Shown: piece after piece, positions 22,761-33,100 of the stretch | Layout of the letters: each line of letters opens with the position of its first letter | How positions within the stretch are numbered: the stretch's first letter is position 1 | From: Amoebophrya sp. A120 | Taxonomy: Eukaryota; Protista; Dinoflagellata | Reading direction: 5' to 3' | Assembly (NCBI GenBank): GCA_905178155.1 | Contig: CAJINV010000013.1 | Span: 300,344-364,343 of the forward strand | Length of the DNA: 64,000 nt | The notes under the pieces: generated by a model | Seen by the model: only the letters and a program-made list of their open reading frames with translations | What the model was told of the DNA's origin: nothing | Database searches by the model: none | Position numbers and translations under genes: made by a program

Positions 22761-25700
22761 TACCGGACTCCTTGAAAAGCGTCTTAGGCGAATGCGGAGA
22801 CTTTTACCGACCTTTGGACGCAGTGAGTTTTGGATCAATCCACTGTGACTCCAATGATGAAGAAGACGCTAAAACCGCAAAGGAAAGAATCTTTCTCCAT
22901 TTTCGACTTCCTGACTTCGGTAACAAGATCTTCAGTCTCGATTTCGAGGTCATTCCGGATACCAAACAACAAACCTGTCCAGTTATACTCGGAGAAGTTT
23001 TCTGGAGAAAATACAATGTCGCCGCGGATCACGGCTTCGTGCAAAAGATGCTGCGGATCAACAGCAAATGGCATCCGTCACTCGAAGTAAGCGGTGTAGA
23101 CGGTTTAAGGTTGGAGTGGGTAACAAAAGCGGAGTTGAATAAAAAACCGCAAAAATCGGTAGAAGAACCGATCAAGAAGGTAGTCTATTCGCGGAGCTAC
23201 CTGATTCAGACGATTGACCAAGAACTCCTAAGACGGTCGGCCAACCGCTTAGAACGTCTTGCGAAGCAAGCAAGAGAATTTGTCGATCGCTTTTGGCCTG
23301 ATTTGCACTTGTCGCAGATCGACCAGTCGTGCGACCCTCGGCGCCGGGGCCTGTTTGCCGACTGGATCGACGCGGAGAACAACAAGGCTAAATATGCGGA
23401 AATCTTCGCTCCGCCGACAAATACCATTCCGACGCAGAAGTCTAGAGAGCCCCCGGATAAGGAAGACAAGATTGACATCAGCAGTTTCCTAATCTGCTAT
23501 CAAGAGCAATTGACTTTGGAACCTGATATGCAACGTCTTCACGACCTACAACACCGTCAGAACAATTATCCGGAAGGGAAGGCTTTCTTTATTGGAGACG
23601 ATTTAATCTCTAATGAAGACGAAGAAGATGAGGAGGAAATAATCTGCCAACCCTGTTGCGAAGTGGACCAGGAAAACGGAAAAGTCGCTGAACATTTTCC
23701 CCTGGATTCTCCCACAAGCAGTAACCGGGATTATGAGGAACCAAAAGTTTATTCGAGGGTGACCGCAAAAACATACTTCGCCAACAGTTATTTAAGCAGC
23801 GACTCAAATTACCGTCTCAGTAATCCGTCCTCTAGAGAAGAAGAACCAGAATCAATTGAGATGGATCTCATTTCAGAAAATCACGAATATCCAAGCACCG
23901 TCTCCTCCAACCCAGTATCAGCTCCATCCTCCGTGACATCAATACCAGAGGAGCCTGAGTTTGCCGACTTGACGCCGGCCGTCAAGGCTTGGATTATCCG
24001 TGAGCACAACACTCTCGGACACGCAGACAGTCTCAAGCTTCTCTTCAAAGGAAGAAACAGAAAGTTTCTGGAACACGTCCGCGCACACTGCGAGAAATGT
24101 AAACAGTACGACCGAACCCAGGCTATTAAGAGCCGGGGATCGTTGTTACAGTTTGCCGGAGACGTCAATACAACCTGGGTTATGGACAGTCTAAAGACGC
24201 AAATCGGAGAAGTAGTTTGGTGTCTAGACGTCGTCTCCCGGTTAAGAGTAGGAACACTAGTAGACGCTGCTGACGGAGGGAAGAAATCTGCGGCAACGCG
24301 GACCCTCCTTGCCATGCAAGTTTTGGCGCGCGGACTACCACAACGGGTAGATTTTGAACAAGGATCGGAGTTTATATCCAAGAAATTCTTCACGGTGCTC
24401 CGCTCCAAGAACGTACGACCTCATCCAATCAGTCTGAAAGCAGCATACAAAATCAGTAAGCTGGAAAGGACCAATACCATGGTTAGGAAGATGGAACAAA
24501 AACTGTTCACTGGACCCTACGATCCGGCAGTAGAGTGTCTCCTTTTCGCTATGGAGATCGCCGGATCAATGAAAGAGGTTCTGGAACAGGCTGTAAGGGG
24601 AATAACGGACAGTATGGAGTTCCCGGACAAGGCTCTTTTCCGGAGTGACATACTGCAAGAAATAACCTTCCAGTTGAACTCCCTTCCCGTACTTGGTACA
24701 AGTTTGACGCCTTTCAACATTCACACCGCGACTTTCAGTAAAGGAAATTCCGGATGGGTTGAACTAGTCGAACAAATAATCGAAGACGGGGAAGACCCTA
24801 ATTCGATTGAAGCGAGGATGTTGTACCGTGCAAAGATCCAGCAACGGTGTCTGGACGTCGTGAGGACCTTGGATGTGGAAAACCTGTTAAGGCGAAGAGA
24901 ATTGTCCGGGCGATCTTACGTGCGAACAAAACAGTTCGACAATATCATACCTGGACAGGAAGTTTTTGTCCGAAGACAGGGATTTCCGAAAGGAAGATTC
25001 CGCGCGTACTTGCGGGGCGAAGTAATAAATAAGTACGGAGATTCAGCAGATGCGAAGGCTGGCACGTCTGTGACAAACTACGACCGCAATGATATTGCAC
25101 CAGTAGCACCAGAAAAAAGTCAACCTGACTCGATTCTGGAATTTTATCCGTCTTTCGAAGTCGGAGAAGAATTGGATAGAAGAGTAAAAGGTCCGACCTG
25201 GCAGATCCCACTGAACAATAACGGTACCTCTACCCATCGCGGGACGTCGCTTGGGGCTGGAACAGGAAGGATCACATGCTCAGCCTGCGGGCAAATCTTC
25301 ACTAGCGGAAAGCGTTTCCAGCAACATTGGTCGCTTGTACACGGTGGACCATTACCTGCCTCTTTTGGATGGAGGACGCGAAGAACCGTGAACATTAATG
25401 ACGATGTTGATATCATCCAAAACGCTGAAGATAACTATCCAGAATTTGTCGCTCAAGGAGAAATGAGAGACTCAGAATTTGGCAGTAGTCTTGAAGACCC
25501 GGCGCAACTACCACAAGAAGAAGAAGATGACGCTTCATCCAGTAAGTCTTCGACAAGTAAAACGTCTTCTACATCAAGGAGCAATTCTGGACCAACAAGA
25601 AGAAAATATTGGTCCAGTGAAGAAGACGCCCAAATGGAAACTTCCTCTGCAAATTCAGGAAGTACTTCGTTTGATGGGAAAGGAGAAGAACCCGAGTCAA

Positions 25701-28700
25701 GACGTCTCTACCATGAAGCATCATCTTCGGACAGTAGTCGCAAAAGCACCGCTTCGAGCCGACCGCCAGCTACTAACACTTCCAGTTCGTCCGGAGACCA
25801 ACTCGAATACTCCTCTCGGAAATCTGTCAGCAATGCCTCCATTCCGGCAAGCTTTGCCAGAGGATTGCCAGATTATGAAATCGACGGCGACAAGGCCAAA
25901 AAGAAGTCGGCAAAGTTCTCGTTTCCAGATGGCGAGCAGTTTAGTGAAGAAGACGCGTCGTTGCGGTCCTTATCGGAAAGATTAGAAGAAGAACGTCTTC
26001 GGGACACTCAGCAGATGTCTTTGGAAGAGCAAAAGGAAGAATTGGTGGACAAAGCAGAACAGCTAATTAGCAGTCTGCAGCAAAGCAGTAGAAGTTCTAT
26101 CTCTGACTCGTCGAGCATAAATGCTTCAGAGATACCAGTACCGACTTCTTCAACCTCTTCTTCCTCGGTCAAGGACACTGCTTCCAGTTCATCCGGAGAT
26201 GAAGCCCCAGAAATAAAGACCAATAAGCGTCTACGTGGAGACTCAGACCCTGATCTGCACACGACTCCAGAAAAATCAAAGAGAAAGGAATTGGCCGTCT
26301 CTCCAGTAGAGACTGCTACAACTAAACGCCCACGTAGCCAATCCGACGCAGACTTGGTTGCGGCTCCAAAGAAAATAGCTCGACCCAGAGATACCACACT
26401 CTTCAGTGAACAAATCGGCACAGACTCAGAAAAAGAGTTCGGATCGGATGAGGCTGGATTGCTGGATTACGGAGATTGGAAAAAGGAAATAATTTCACAA
26501 TTGGGAAACAAAACAAGGTTGGAAATGATCAAAAGACGGCTTGACAAGATTTCAGAAATACAACAAGAACGACAACGGAGATCTTCCGTTGCCTCTCGCA
26601 CGACAACCAGTGACTCAAGCTCTGGAGAATCCTCCGCCGAGGGCGTCGTAGACAAAAATCTCTCGTCTTCCTCCGCTCGCAGTTTTATGATCACTGGAAA
26701 GAAACCAGATAGCCTCCAGAAAGACGAAATATTGGTGAAAATCAAACCGCATGAAAAAATTATTCATCGGGGAGAGCTTCACCCTACGGAATTGCAGGCT
26801 TTCAACAATTGCTCTACCTCCATGGAGTTGCAGATAAGGAATGGATCGGTGTATCTCGTCGCACCTACACGGGATGACTACGCACCGGCGGCCCTCAGAG
26901 CGGTGGATGAATCTGCACTTAAGGAATTAGCTACGCGCTATGAATCAACTACCAAGAACATTTGGAGGAGTAAGTTAATGATGGATGACGACGACATCTG
27001 GTTGTGGGGTCAGTTTCTGAACGGGGAGAAAATAAAACCCAACGCGAAGGATAATCGAGATTACCGGTTGACGCCTACAAAAGTCGTTATAAAGCGAGGA
27101 GCTGTACCAGAAACAGACCCAGGACAACAGTGTCGGCTGCGGTTTGGAACCACGGCGGAATCGGAGTGGATACCTAGCAACTACGCAGTACCTAAGGGGG
27201 ACAAGTCCCTTTACGCGTGTATCCACTATGAGGCTAACGACGACGCTCACGAGTCGATTACTTCTCATCTTCGGGCGTGTAAAACGTCTGCACTTGTGGT
27301 AGCAGAAGAAACAGCACAGAAACTAGGACGTCTTAGTTACTTTTACGGAGCACTTCATAGTGAAGTCTCTGAAATTGTGGCTAATGATGTCTTCGACGGC
27401 GGTTTAACAGAAGAAGAAGCAAAAGCAAAGAAGATTCGGGCAATGACCAGTCGGGTGGTTATCACTATCAAATGTGATAGAGCTACAGGTGAACTTTCTA
27501 AGTTCAAATGCCGCTGGGTCAGCAGAGGATTTCAAGATCCCCGTTTCTTCGTTAACGGTGCCGCCGACGCGACTTCACCACTGTGCAGAAGTTTCACCGT
27601 TGCAGAAGCATCCATCACCTGGTTACTGCAGTTGGCGACAGCAAAAGGAGTTCACCCCAGTTTTGTCGATGTGAAGACGGCATTTCTTCGTGGTCTGGCC
27701 TTTTCAGATCTTTACGGAGAAAAGATGGCTCCCCTCTACATGACTATTCCTCCGTTAATCCAACGGATGAAGTCGTTCAACTTTCATCCGTACATGAAGT
27801 TGAAGCGGGCCATCTACGGATGCAAAGATGCTCCACGAGCATGGTTCCTCACGCTGAACTGTGCCTTGAGACAGTGTCACTTCGTGCAGTCTCTCCATGA
27901 TTCCTGCCTATGGCGTGTTTATGCTACTGAACACGAGCAGGTAGCTATCAGGCACGGGCGTGAAAAGGAATATGCCGCGCAGAAGATGAAGTTGATCAAT
28001 CAGGTGGAAAAGACCAACCTCACGGAAAGAATGCGGGTTTTAGAAGAACCAATGGAACTTTCAGGAATTAACTACGAACAAGAACTCGGACAACTCCACA
28101 GCGCAAAGCGGCAAGTAGAAGAGCAAAAAGGCGGAGAAATGGATTCGGATGGTGAACAAGACGGTTTATACAGTATCACTTCGCGTGAGCTGGTAACCGA
28201 TCTCACCAGTCTTCATGAGTCTCATCCTCACCGTTTTCTACTTGGAGCCGTAGGAATACACGTGGATGATTTGTTAACAGCAGGATCAGAACTCGTTTAC
28301 CTTCGTCTTCAGATTTTGTTTGACAAGTACGACGTCTCGGGACTCGCAATGTTGCAGCTAGGAAAAAGGGACGCTTTTGTCGGGAAGGAAATAGCCTGTC
28401 TTCCGGAAGCATTTGATGCTTATGAAGTTAAGCAGGAACTGGAAGAAGCGGACAAGTTCTTGAAGGCCATTGAGTTTGAAAATCCGGAGCCCTTGTTTGC
28501 CGTTAACTACACAGAAGAACAAATTGCGGAAGTAGAAAAAACAACAGGCTTGAAGAGAAGCAACAAGGCAGAAGATTTACCTGCGGCGGAGCCAGTACCA
28601 TTCACCTTTGAAGCTGCCGTAGAACGTCTTCGACCAACAATTCCTGTTTTCTACGTCCTCAGTCAAGAATCCTATGTGGAAAAGATAAAGTGTGTGGAAC

Positions 28701-30103
28701 AGGAGGAGGTAGAGGAGTACTGGAGGAAGAGGTCATTTGCAAAGAATAAGTTTGCGTCGAGTCAAATCAAATCACCTTTTCGGGGAAGAATTGGCGAACT
28801 TCTTTGGTGCACTAAGACGTCAGCGGTGTTATTAGAACGTCTCTCGGACCTAGCAAGCGCGGTCCACTTGATGGAGAACTACAACACCTACGTGGAGGAA
28901 GTAGAACAATTCTGCGAGCGGCTGAGTTCGTTCATCCTCTTTGCTCAGGGAAGTCAGTTTTGTTCTAGAAGAATCTCCCACACTGGCGGATTGGGAGAAT
29001 TCGGGGTAGTTGGATTGGCAGACGCATCCAAGACCAAGATTGGGGGTTTGGTCTGCCTTGCGGGACGAAACTCACAACGTGTCACGCCGATTACGGCATG
29101 GAGCAAAGCTCCAAAACGTGTCTTTTCCAGTTCAACAGGAATTGAACTGTTGGCACAGCGGATACTAGTGTCGGAGTGTTTGTGGCACAAACAAATTGGA
29201 ATTGACCTGTCTCTCGTTCCGTACGACATGCCTCTCCTGCAATTCACGGACTCGAAGAACTTGGCGAACAGTGATCCGTCGGAGAAAAATTTGAAGTCGG
29301 ACTTCTTGTTTTTAAACCAACTCTTGGAACGCAAGCAGTTGGCAGTGGAACACACGCGTGGAAAAACAATGCCACCAGACGCGCTGACAAAGAGTCCACT
29401 GCACTCCGAGGTTGCTACCCTTCACCTTGTGAACAGGTTTGGAATCCTAGATCGGGAACTGAGTAATCGGATCAACACGCTCATAAGCCAGAACTTAGAA
29501 CGACTCCAGGACCTCGACTCTGGCAACAAGACGGAAAATTCCCCAGTTTCGCAGCTACAAGAAGAAAGCATTGGTGTCAAAATCCTCCCAGATTTCACCA
29601 GTAAACCAGCAATAACTGCGAAACTGGCCAAAACTTTTTTGAAAACAACTTCTACGGGAACAATAAAGTTTTGCCAAGGTGAAGCAGGAATACGGGAAAT
29701 TTTGGACTTGGTGGATATCCTGCGGCTAAGGCGTCCGCTGTGGCTGTACTCGGGTGACCGTGTGGCGTGGCTGTACATACACCACACCGCACCAAGGAAG
29801 CAGTTAATCGGGGCACTCACTCAGAAAGGTGGGCCAGGTTTGGCATCTCTTACGGGAGAGCGCCATACTTGGTATGCGGACGGTACAAGCATCCGGCGCT
29901 ACACGGACAACATCAAAAATGGTCCAGATACCGCGGGAAAGTTTTTCCCCCTTGCCACCGAATTTCCCGCGCGAAGATTCTGGCAAGGTGAAAGGAAATT
30001 GGAAATCGTAGAAGAACGGGGTGGCCTGCAGCGGTTTGCGCGACAGCTGCAGGGAGAAGAGCCAGCGTCGGGGGTATCGGGAAGTCAGGAAGAGTCACAA
30101 TAA
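22676..30103 (+). CDS. pol: Copia Pol: protease (C-terminal part), integrase, C2H2 finger, Ser-rich linker, RT, RNase H; last ~175 aa lie inside the 3' LTR
   Basis: PVILGEVF (PR); HNTLGH..CEKC, WVMD, QGSEF, LERTN (INT); KCRWVSRGFQD, DVKTAFL, LKRAIYGCKDAPRAWF, HVDD (RVT_2); ADAS, SSTGIE, TDS, DALTK (RH). Confidence 0.95.
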   Translation: MEKTGSASGVCNCRLCNCRQCNCSTHAIVPDSLKSVLGECGDFYRPLDAVSFGSIHCDSNDEEDAKTAKERIFLHFRLPDFGNKIFSLDFEVIPDTKQQTCPVILGEVFWRKYNVAADHGFVQKMLRINSKWHPSLEVSGVDGLRLEWVTKAELNKKPQKSVEEPIKKVVYSRSYLIQTIDQELLRRSANRLERLAKQAREFVDRFWPDLHLSQIDQSCDPRRRGLFADWIDAENNKAKYAEIFAPPTNTIPTQKSREPPDKEDKIDISSFLICYQEQLTLEPDMQRLHDLQHRQNNYPEGKAFFIGDDLISNEDEEDEEEIICQPCCEVDQENGKVAEHFPLDSPTSSNRDYEEPKVYSRVTAKTYFANSYLSSDSNYRLSNPSSREEEPESIEMDLISENHEYPSTVSSNPVSAPSSVTSIPEEPEFADLTPAVKAWIIREHNTLGHADSLKLLFKGRNRKFLEHVRAHCEKCKQYDRTQAIKSRGSLLQFAGDVNTTWVMDSLKTQIGEVVWCLDVVSRLRVGTLVDAADGGKKSAATRTLLAMQVLARGLPQRVDFEQGSEFISKKFFTVLRSKNVRPHPISLKAAYKISKLERTNTMVRKMEQKLFTGPYDPAVECLLFAMEIAGSMKEVLEQAVRGITDSMEFPDKALFRSDILQEITFQLNSLPVLGTSLTPFNIHTATFSKGNSGWVELVEQIIEDGEDPNSIEARMLYRAKIQQRCLDVVRTLDVENLLRRRELSGRSYVRTKQFDNIIPGQEVFVRRQGFPKGRFRAYLRGEVINKYGDSADAKAGTSVTNYDRNDIAPVAPEKSQPDSILEFYPSFEVGEELDRRVKGPTWQIPLNNNGTSTHRGTSLGAGTGRITCSACGQIFTSGKRFQQHWSLVHGGPLPASFGWRTRRTVNINDDVDIIQNAEDNYPEFVAQGEMRDSEFGSSLEDPAQLPQEEEDDASSSKSSTSKTSSTSRSNSGPTRRKYWSSEEDAQMETSSANSGSTSFDGKGEEPESRRLYHEASSSDSSRKSTASSRPPATNTSSSSGDQLEYSSRKSVSNASIPASFARGLPDYEIDGDKAKKKSAKFSFPDGEQFSEEDASLRSLSERLEEERLRDTQQMSLEEQKEELVDKAEQLISSLQQSSRSSISDSSSINASEIPVPTSSTSSSSVKDTASSSSGDEAPEIKTNKRLRGDSDPDLHTTPEKSKRKELAVSPVETATTKRPRSQSDADLVAAPKKIARPRDTTLFSEQIGTDSEKEFGSDEAGLLDYGDWKKEIISQLGNKTRLEMIKRRLDKISEIQQERQRRSSVASRTTTSDSSSGESSAEGVVDKNLSSSSARSFMITGKKPDSLQKDEILVKIKPHEKIIHRGELHPTELQAFNNCSTSMELQIRNGSVYLVAPTRDDYAPAALRAVDESALKELATRYESTTKNIWRSKLMMDDDDIWLWGQFLNGEKIKPNAKDNRDYRLTPTKVVIKRGAVPETDPGQQCRLRFGTTAESEWIPSNYAVPKGDKSLYACIHYEANDDAHESITSHLRACKTSALVVAEETAQKLGRLSYFYGALHSEVSEIVANDVFDGGLTEEEAKAKKIRAMTSRVVITIKCDRATGELSKFKCRWVSRGFQDPRFFVNGAADATSPLCRSFTVAEASITWLLQLATAKGVHPSFVDVKTAFLRGLAFSDLYGEKMAPLYMTIPPLIQRMKSFNFHPYMKLKRAIYGCKDAPRAWFLTLNCALRQCHFVQSLHDSCLWRVYATEHEQVAIRHGREKEYAAQKMKLINQVEKTNLTERMRVLEEPMELSGINYEQELGQLHSAKRQVEEQKGGEMDSDGEQDGLYSITSRELVTDLTSLHESHPHRFLLGAVGIHVDDLLTAGSELVYLRLQILFDKYDVSGLAMLQLGKRDAFVGKEIACLPEAFDAYEVKQELEEADKFLKAIEFENPEPLFAVNYTEEQIAEVEKTTGLKRSNKAEDLPAAEPVPFTFEAAVERLRPTIPVFYVLSQESYVEKIKCVEQEEVEEYWRKRSFAKNKFASSQIKSPFRGRIGELLWCTKTSAVLLERLSDLASAVHLMENYNTYVEEVEQFCERLSSFILFAQGSQFCSRRISHTGGLGEFGVVGLADASKTKIGGLVCLAGRNSQRVTPITAWSKAPKRVFSSSTGIELLAQRILVSECLWHKQIGIDLSLVPYDMPLLQFTDSKNLANSDPSEKNLKSDFLFLNQLLERKQLAVEHTRGKTMPPDALTKSPLHSEVATLHLVNRFGILDRELSNRINTLISQNLERLQDLDSGNKTENSPVSQLQEESIGVKILPDFTSKPAITAKLAKTFLKTTSTGTIKFCQGEAGIREILDLVDILRLRRPLWLYSGDRVAWLYIHHTAPRKQLIGALTQKGGPGLASLTGERHTWYADGTSIRRYTDNIKNGPDTAGKFFPLATEFPARRFWQGERKLEIVEERGGLQRFARQLQGEEPASGVSGSQEESQ
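29559..29574 (+). other. Weak polypurine tract inside the pol coding sequence
   Basis: AAGAAGAAAGCATTGG immediately before the 3' LTR. Confidence 0.4.
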
Positions 30104-33100
30104 ATCTTTTATTGATGTTTATAAAAAGTCTCTATTCTTTTCAGGGAACAAATTCAGGTTTAACAATTAGAAGAGAAAGAGAAGAAGTGATCAATTCTTT
30201 TTGAAAAGATCCAGATGTGAAGATCATCTTCGTGCTTATTTTTCTGTGACAAAAAGATGAACTCTTCAACAAGTTACTCAGAAAGGAAAAAGAAGACGTC
30301 TTTATCATCGGTAGAAGCGTCTACTCATAAAAAGATCTACACTTACCGCGTGCGAACATTGGACAGATCTTAACTGCTGTTTCATTGGTTGGTGGTTTTG
30401 GTGGTCGTACTTGTTTTTAGATTTTATTATAAAAAATTTCTTTTCAGGGAAAATCATTCTCAAACGGCTGTATCTTTCTTTAGGCGACAAAAAGATTTAA
30501 GATTGAAGTAAAAACAAAAAAATGAATCAACGCTACTTATTTGAAACAAGCGACACATCTCTATTGCAATCATTCTTTACACCCTCTTAAATAAAGCGAC
30601 TATTTACAACGACAACTTCAAAGCGACCCTTTAAGCGACATTTTGAAAAAAAGACTTTCTTTGCTGTATCTCGAAAAGACACTCTAAGATTAGCTTAATC
30701 TGACTCCTTCCTGCACGATGCCGCCGAAGGCAAAGGCCAAGCCCAAGGCAAAGCCGCAGGTGAAGAGGCAGCCACGCAACCAAGGACTGCCTCCAGGACA
30801 ACAGGCGCTGCCGAATCAGCAGGAACAACAGCCGCAACAGCAGATAAATAACGCTTTTGGTCAGTTCCAGAATCCTGAGGGTTTTTTCCCTATATTGGGT
30901 CCGAATGGAAATCTGATAGGGATTCAGCAGCTGGCTCCGGCTGCTCCTGCCATCGCCAACCCCGGGGCTAAACCGAAGGCGGCCAGGGGAAGACCGCGTA
31001 CGTCTAGTGGACATAAAAGACAATTAAAGGCAAAGCGGCAGGCGAGGTGGAAGGAAAAGAAATTCGGGAAGAAGCAGCCGAAGAAGAAAGGAAAAGGGAA
31101 AAGGCAAAACGTGCTGTCTGATAGCTCGGAGTCGGAGGAGGAAAACAACAATTTTTTAGCAATCGAAGACACACAAAGAGAAGGCCTTCTTGCTATTAAG
31201 GACATTCCCCGTGACCTTCTGGCTATCCAAGATGAAGCCAACGAGTACGGCAATCGATCCCCGGCTTTTATCCCGGAGCAGGAACAAGAAAACACTGGAG
31301 GAGATGATAATGCGAACATGGAAAGCATTAATGTGTCTGTCACTCCAAACACCGGACCGGGTCCGGATCCATCTCCACCTCCGGTGTTAATTTTGGGAGC
31401 AAGTTCTTCTTCTTCCGTGAGCCAGAGTGTCGCACAAGGACAAGCGTCCTCGTCTTCTTCCGGTGCACCACGACCATTTCCGCTGCCGCAACTTCGTCCA
31501 CGTAATCAGCCGAAGGCGAAAAATGGACTGATAAGCATGTCCAGGATTAACCGTCTATGTGCCGGAGAGCCTCCGAGTTCCGGGTCTGATTCTTCAGGCA
31601 GCTCGGGATCTGACACATGCACGGAGTCAGAGGAAGACGAAGAGGAGCGCGCAAGGCGAAAACAGCAAAAACGTTTGAACAAAAAGAACAACAAAAGGCG
31701 GAAGCGCGGCCGCAGCGAAGACCGGGAAGAAGAACGAGCTGCGCGTCGCACTGAGATGGAAAAACGCTTCTGGCCTACCTATGGAGAGGATGAAGAAGAG
31801 GAGGAAGAAGAAGAAGAAGAAGAAGAGCAAGTAGATCTCCGCGGGGCGAAGTATGGGCCGAATGCAGACCTAGGAGACGATTTAAACGACTTTGAGGACA
31901 ACGATGATCTTGAAGCGGGTCTGGAAGAAGGGGAAGTGTTGGAGGGCGGGGATTACGTGTCTACTGTGTACGAAGATGCGCAACTGCGGGTCACCATTTT
32001 GCGGCGACCGGGAGAGCGGTGGCCGAAGTGTCTGCGGGTTTTCTGGAAGACGTCTAAACCTACGTTGACTTTGGAAGGTTATGATCCAGAAAAATACGAC
32101 CGGTTTCTTTACCAAAAGAAAGAAACCGGCTTCGTTGACAAGGCGGAACTCACGGAGTGGACGCAGGTGATTGTGAACGCAATCGATGGAGAAAATCGAA
32201 CTTGGGACTATTTATCCGACTCGCTGTGGGAAAACGACTATGTGCTTGATTTTATTAAGTACATGCGGAGCCGTCAAACTGCAGCTACCGCCGCCCTGGC
32301 TCCTGCAGTTTTAGACGAGTTAGATGACCTGTTCGCAGACGACAAGCCGGTCGCTCCGGCTGCACAAAATGCCTTCGGTGAGCCCGCAACTACGGATAAC
32401 AATAACTCCATCGCTCTAGTCACCAATACAGCTCAGCCTTCGACGACTACGACCTCCGCTCAGCCTTCTCCTACAGCAAACAACACGGAAGAATCAACAT
32501 TCGCTTCTGTGGCAGTAAATAATACGACGTCAGCTTCGACAAGCAAGAAAAAAGAGACGTTGCTGCCGACTGAATCGGATGAAGAAAATGGCGGAGACGA
32601 TGGGGAAGACGGTAAAGGAAACAAACCGTCCCCCTCCCACGACGAAGAGTCACCAGCTTCAGTAAGTCCGGAAAAGTTATTCGAAGAAATTATTTCCCCG
32701 ACGGAGGCTAAACAAAACCTGACTCGCTTCTTAGGAAACAGCAGTGTCATCGTGGGAGGACGCACATCGGCGAGCGGCAGCTGCGCCAGTAGTGCCGCGG
32801 ATGACGACCATCGTTATCCTCCCTTTAAGCCAGGAGAAGACACAGACTGGGATCCTTCCATGCCGTTGCCTGCCACGTTTCCGACTATCAATTCCCCGGC
32901 GCACAATCCAGATGCGCAGACAGAAACACTAGCACAGAACAGTCCGACTTTGTCCGATCTGGATCATGCTCTGCCAGATCTAGACACTACGACTCTGGAC
33001 TATCTCATCAACGTGACCGCGGAATTGGCTGAGCAAGTAAGTGAAGACGTTCAAACCGGTTCATCGCAGCAGCAACCACCGGCGTTTCCGGTTGAACCGC

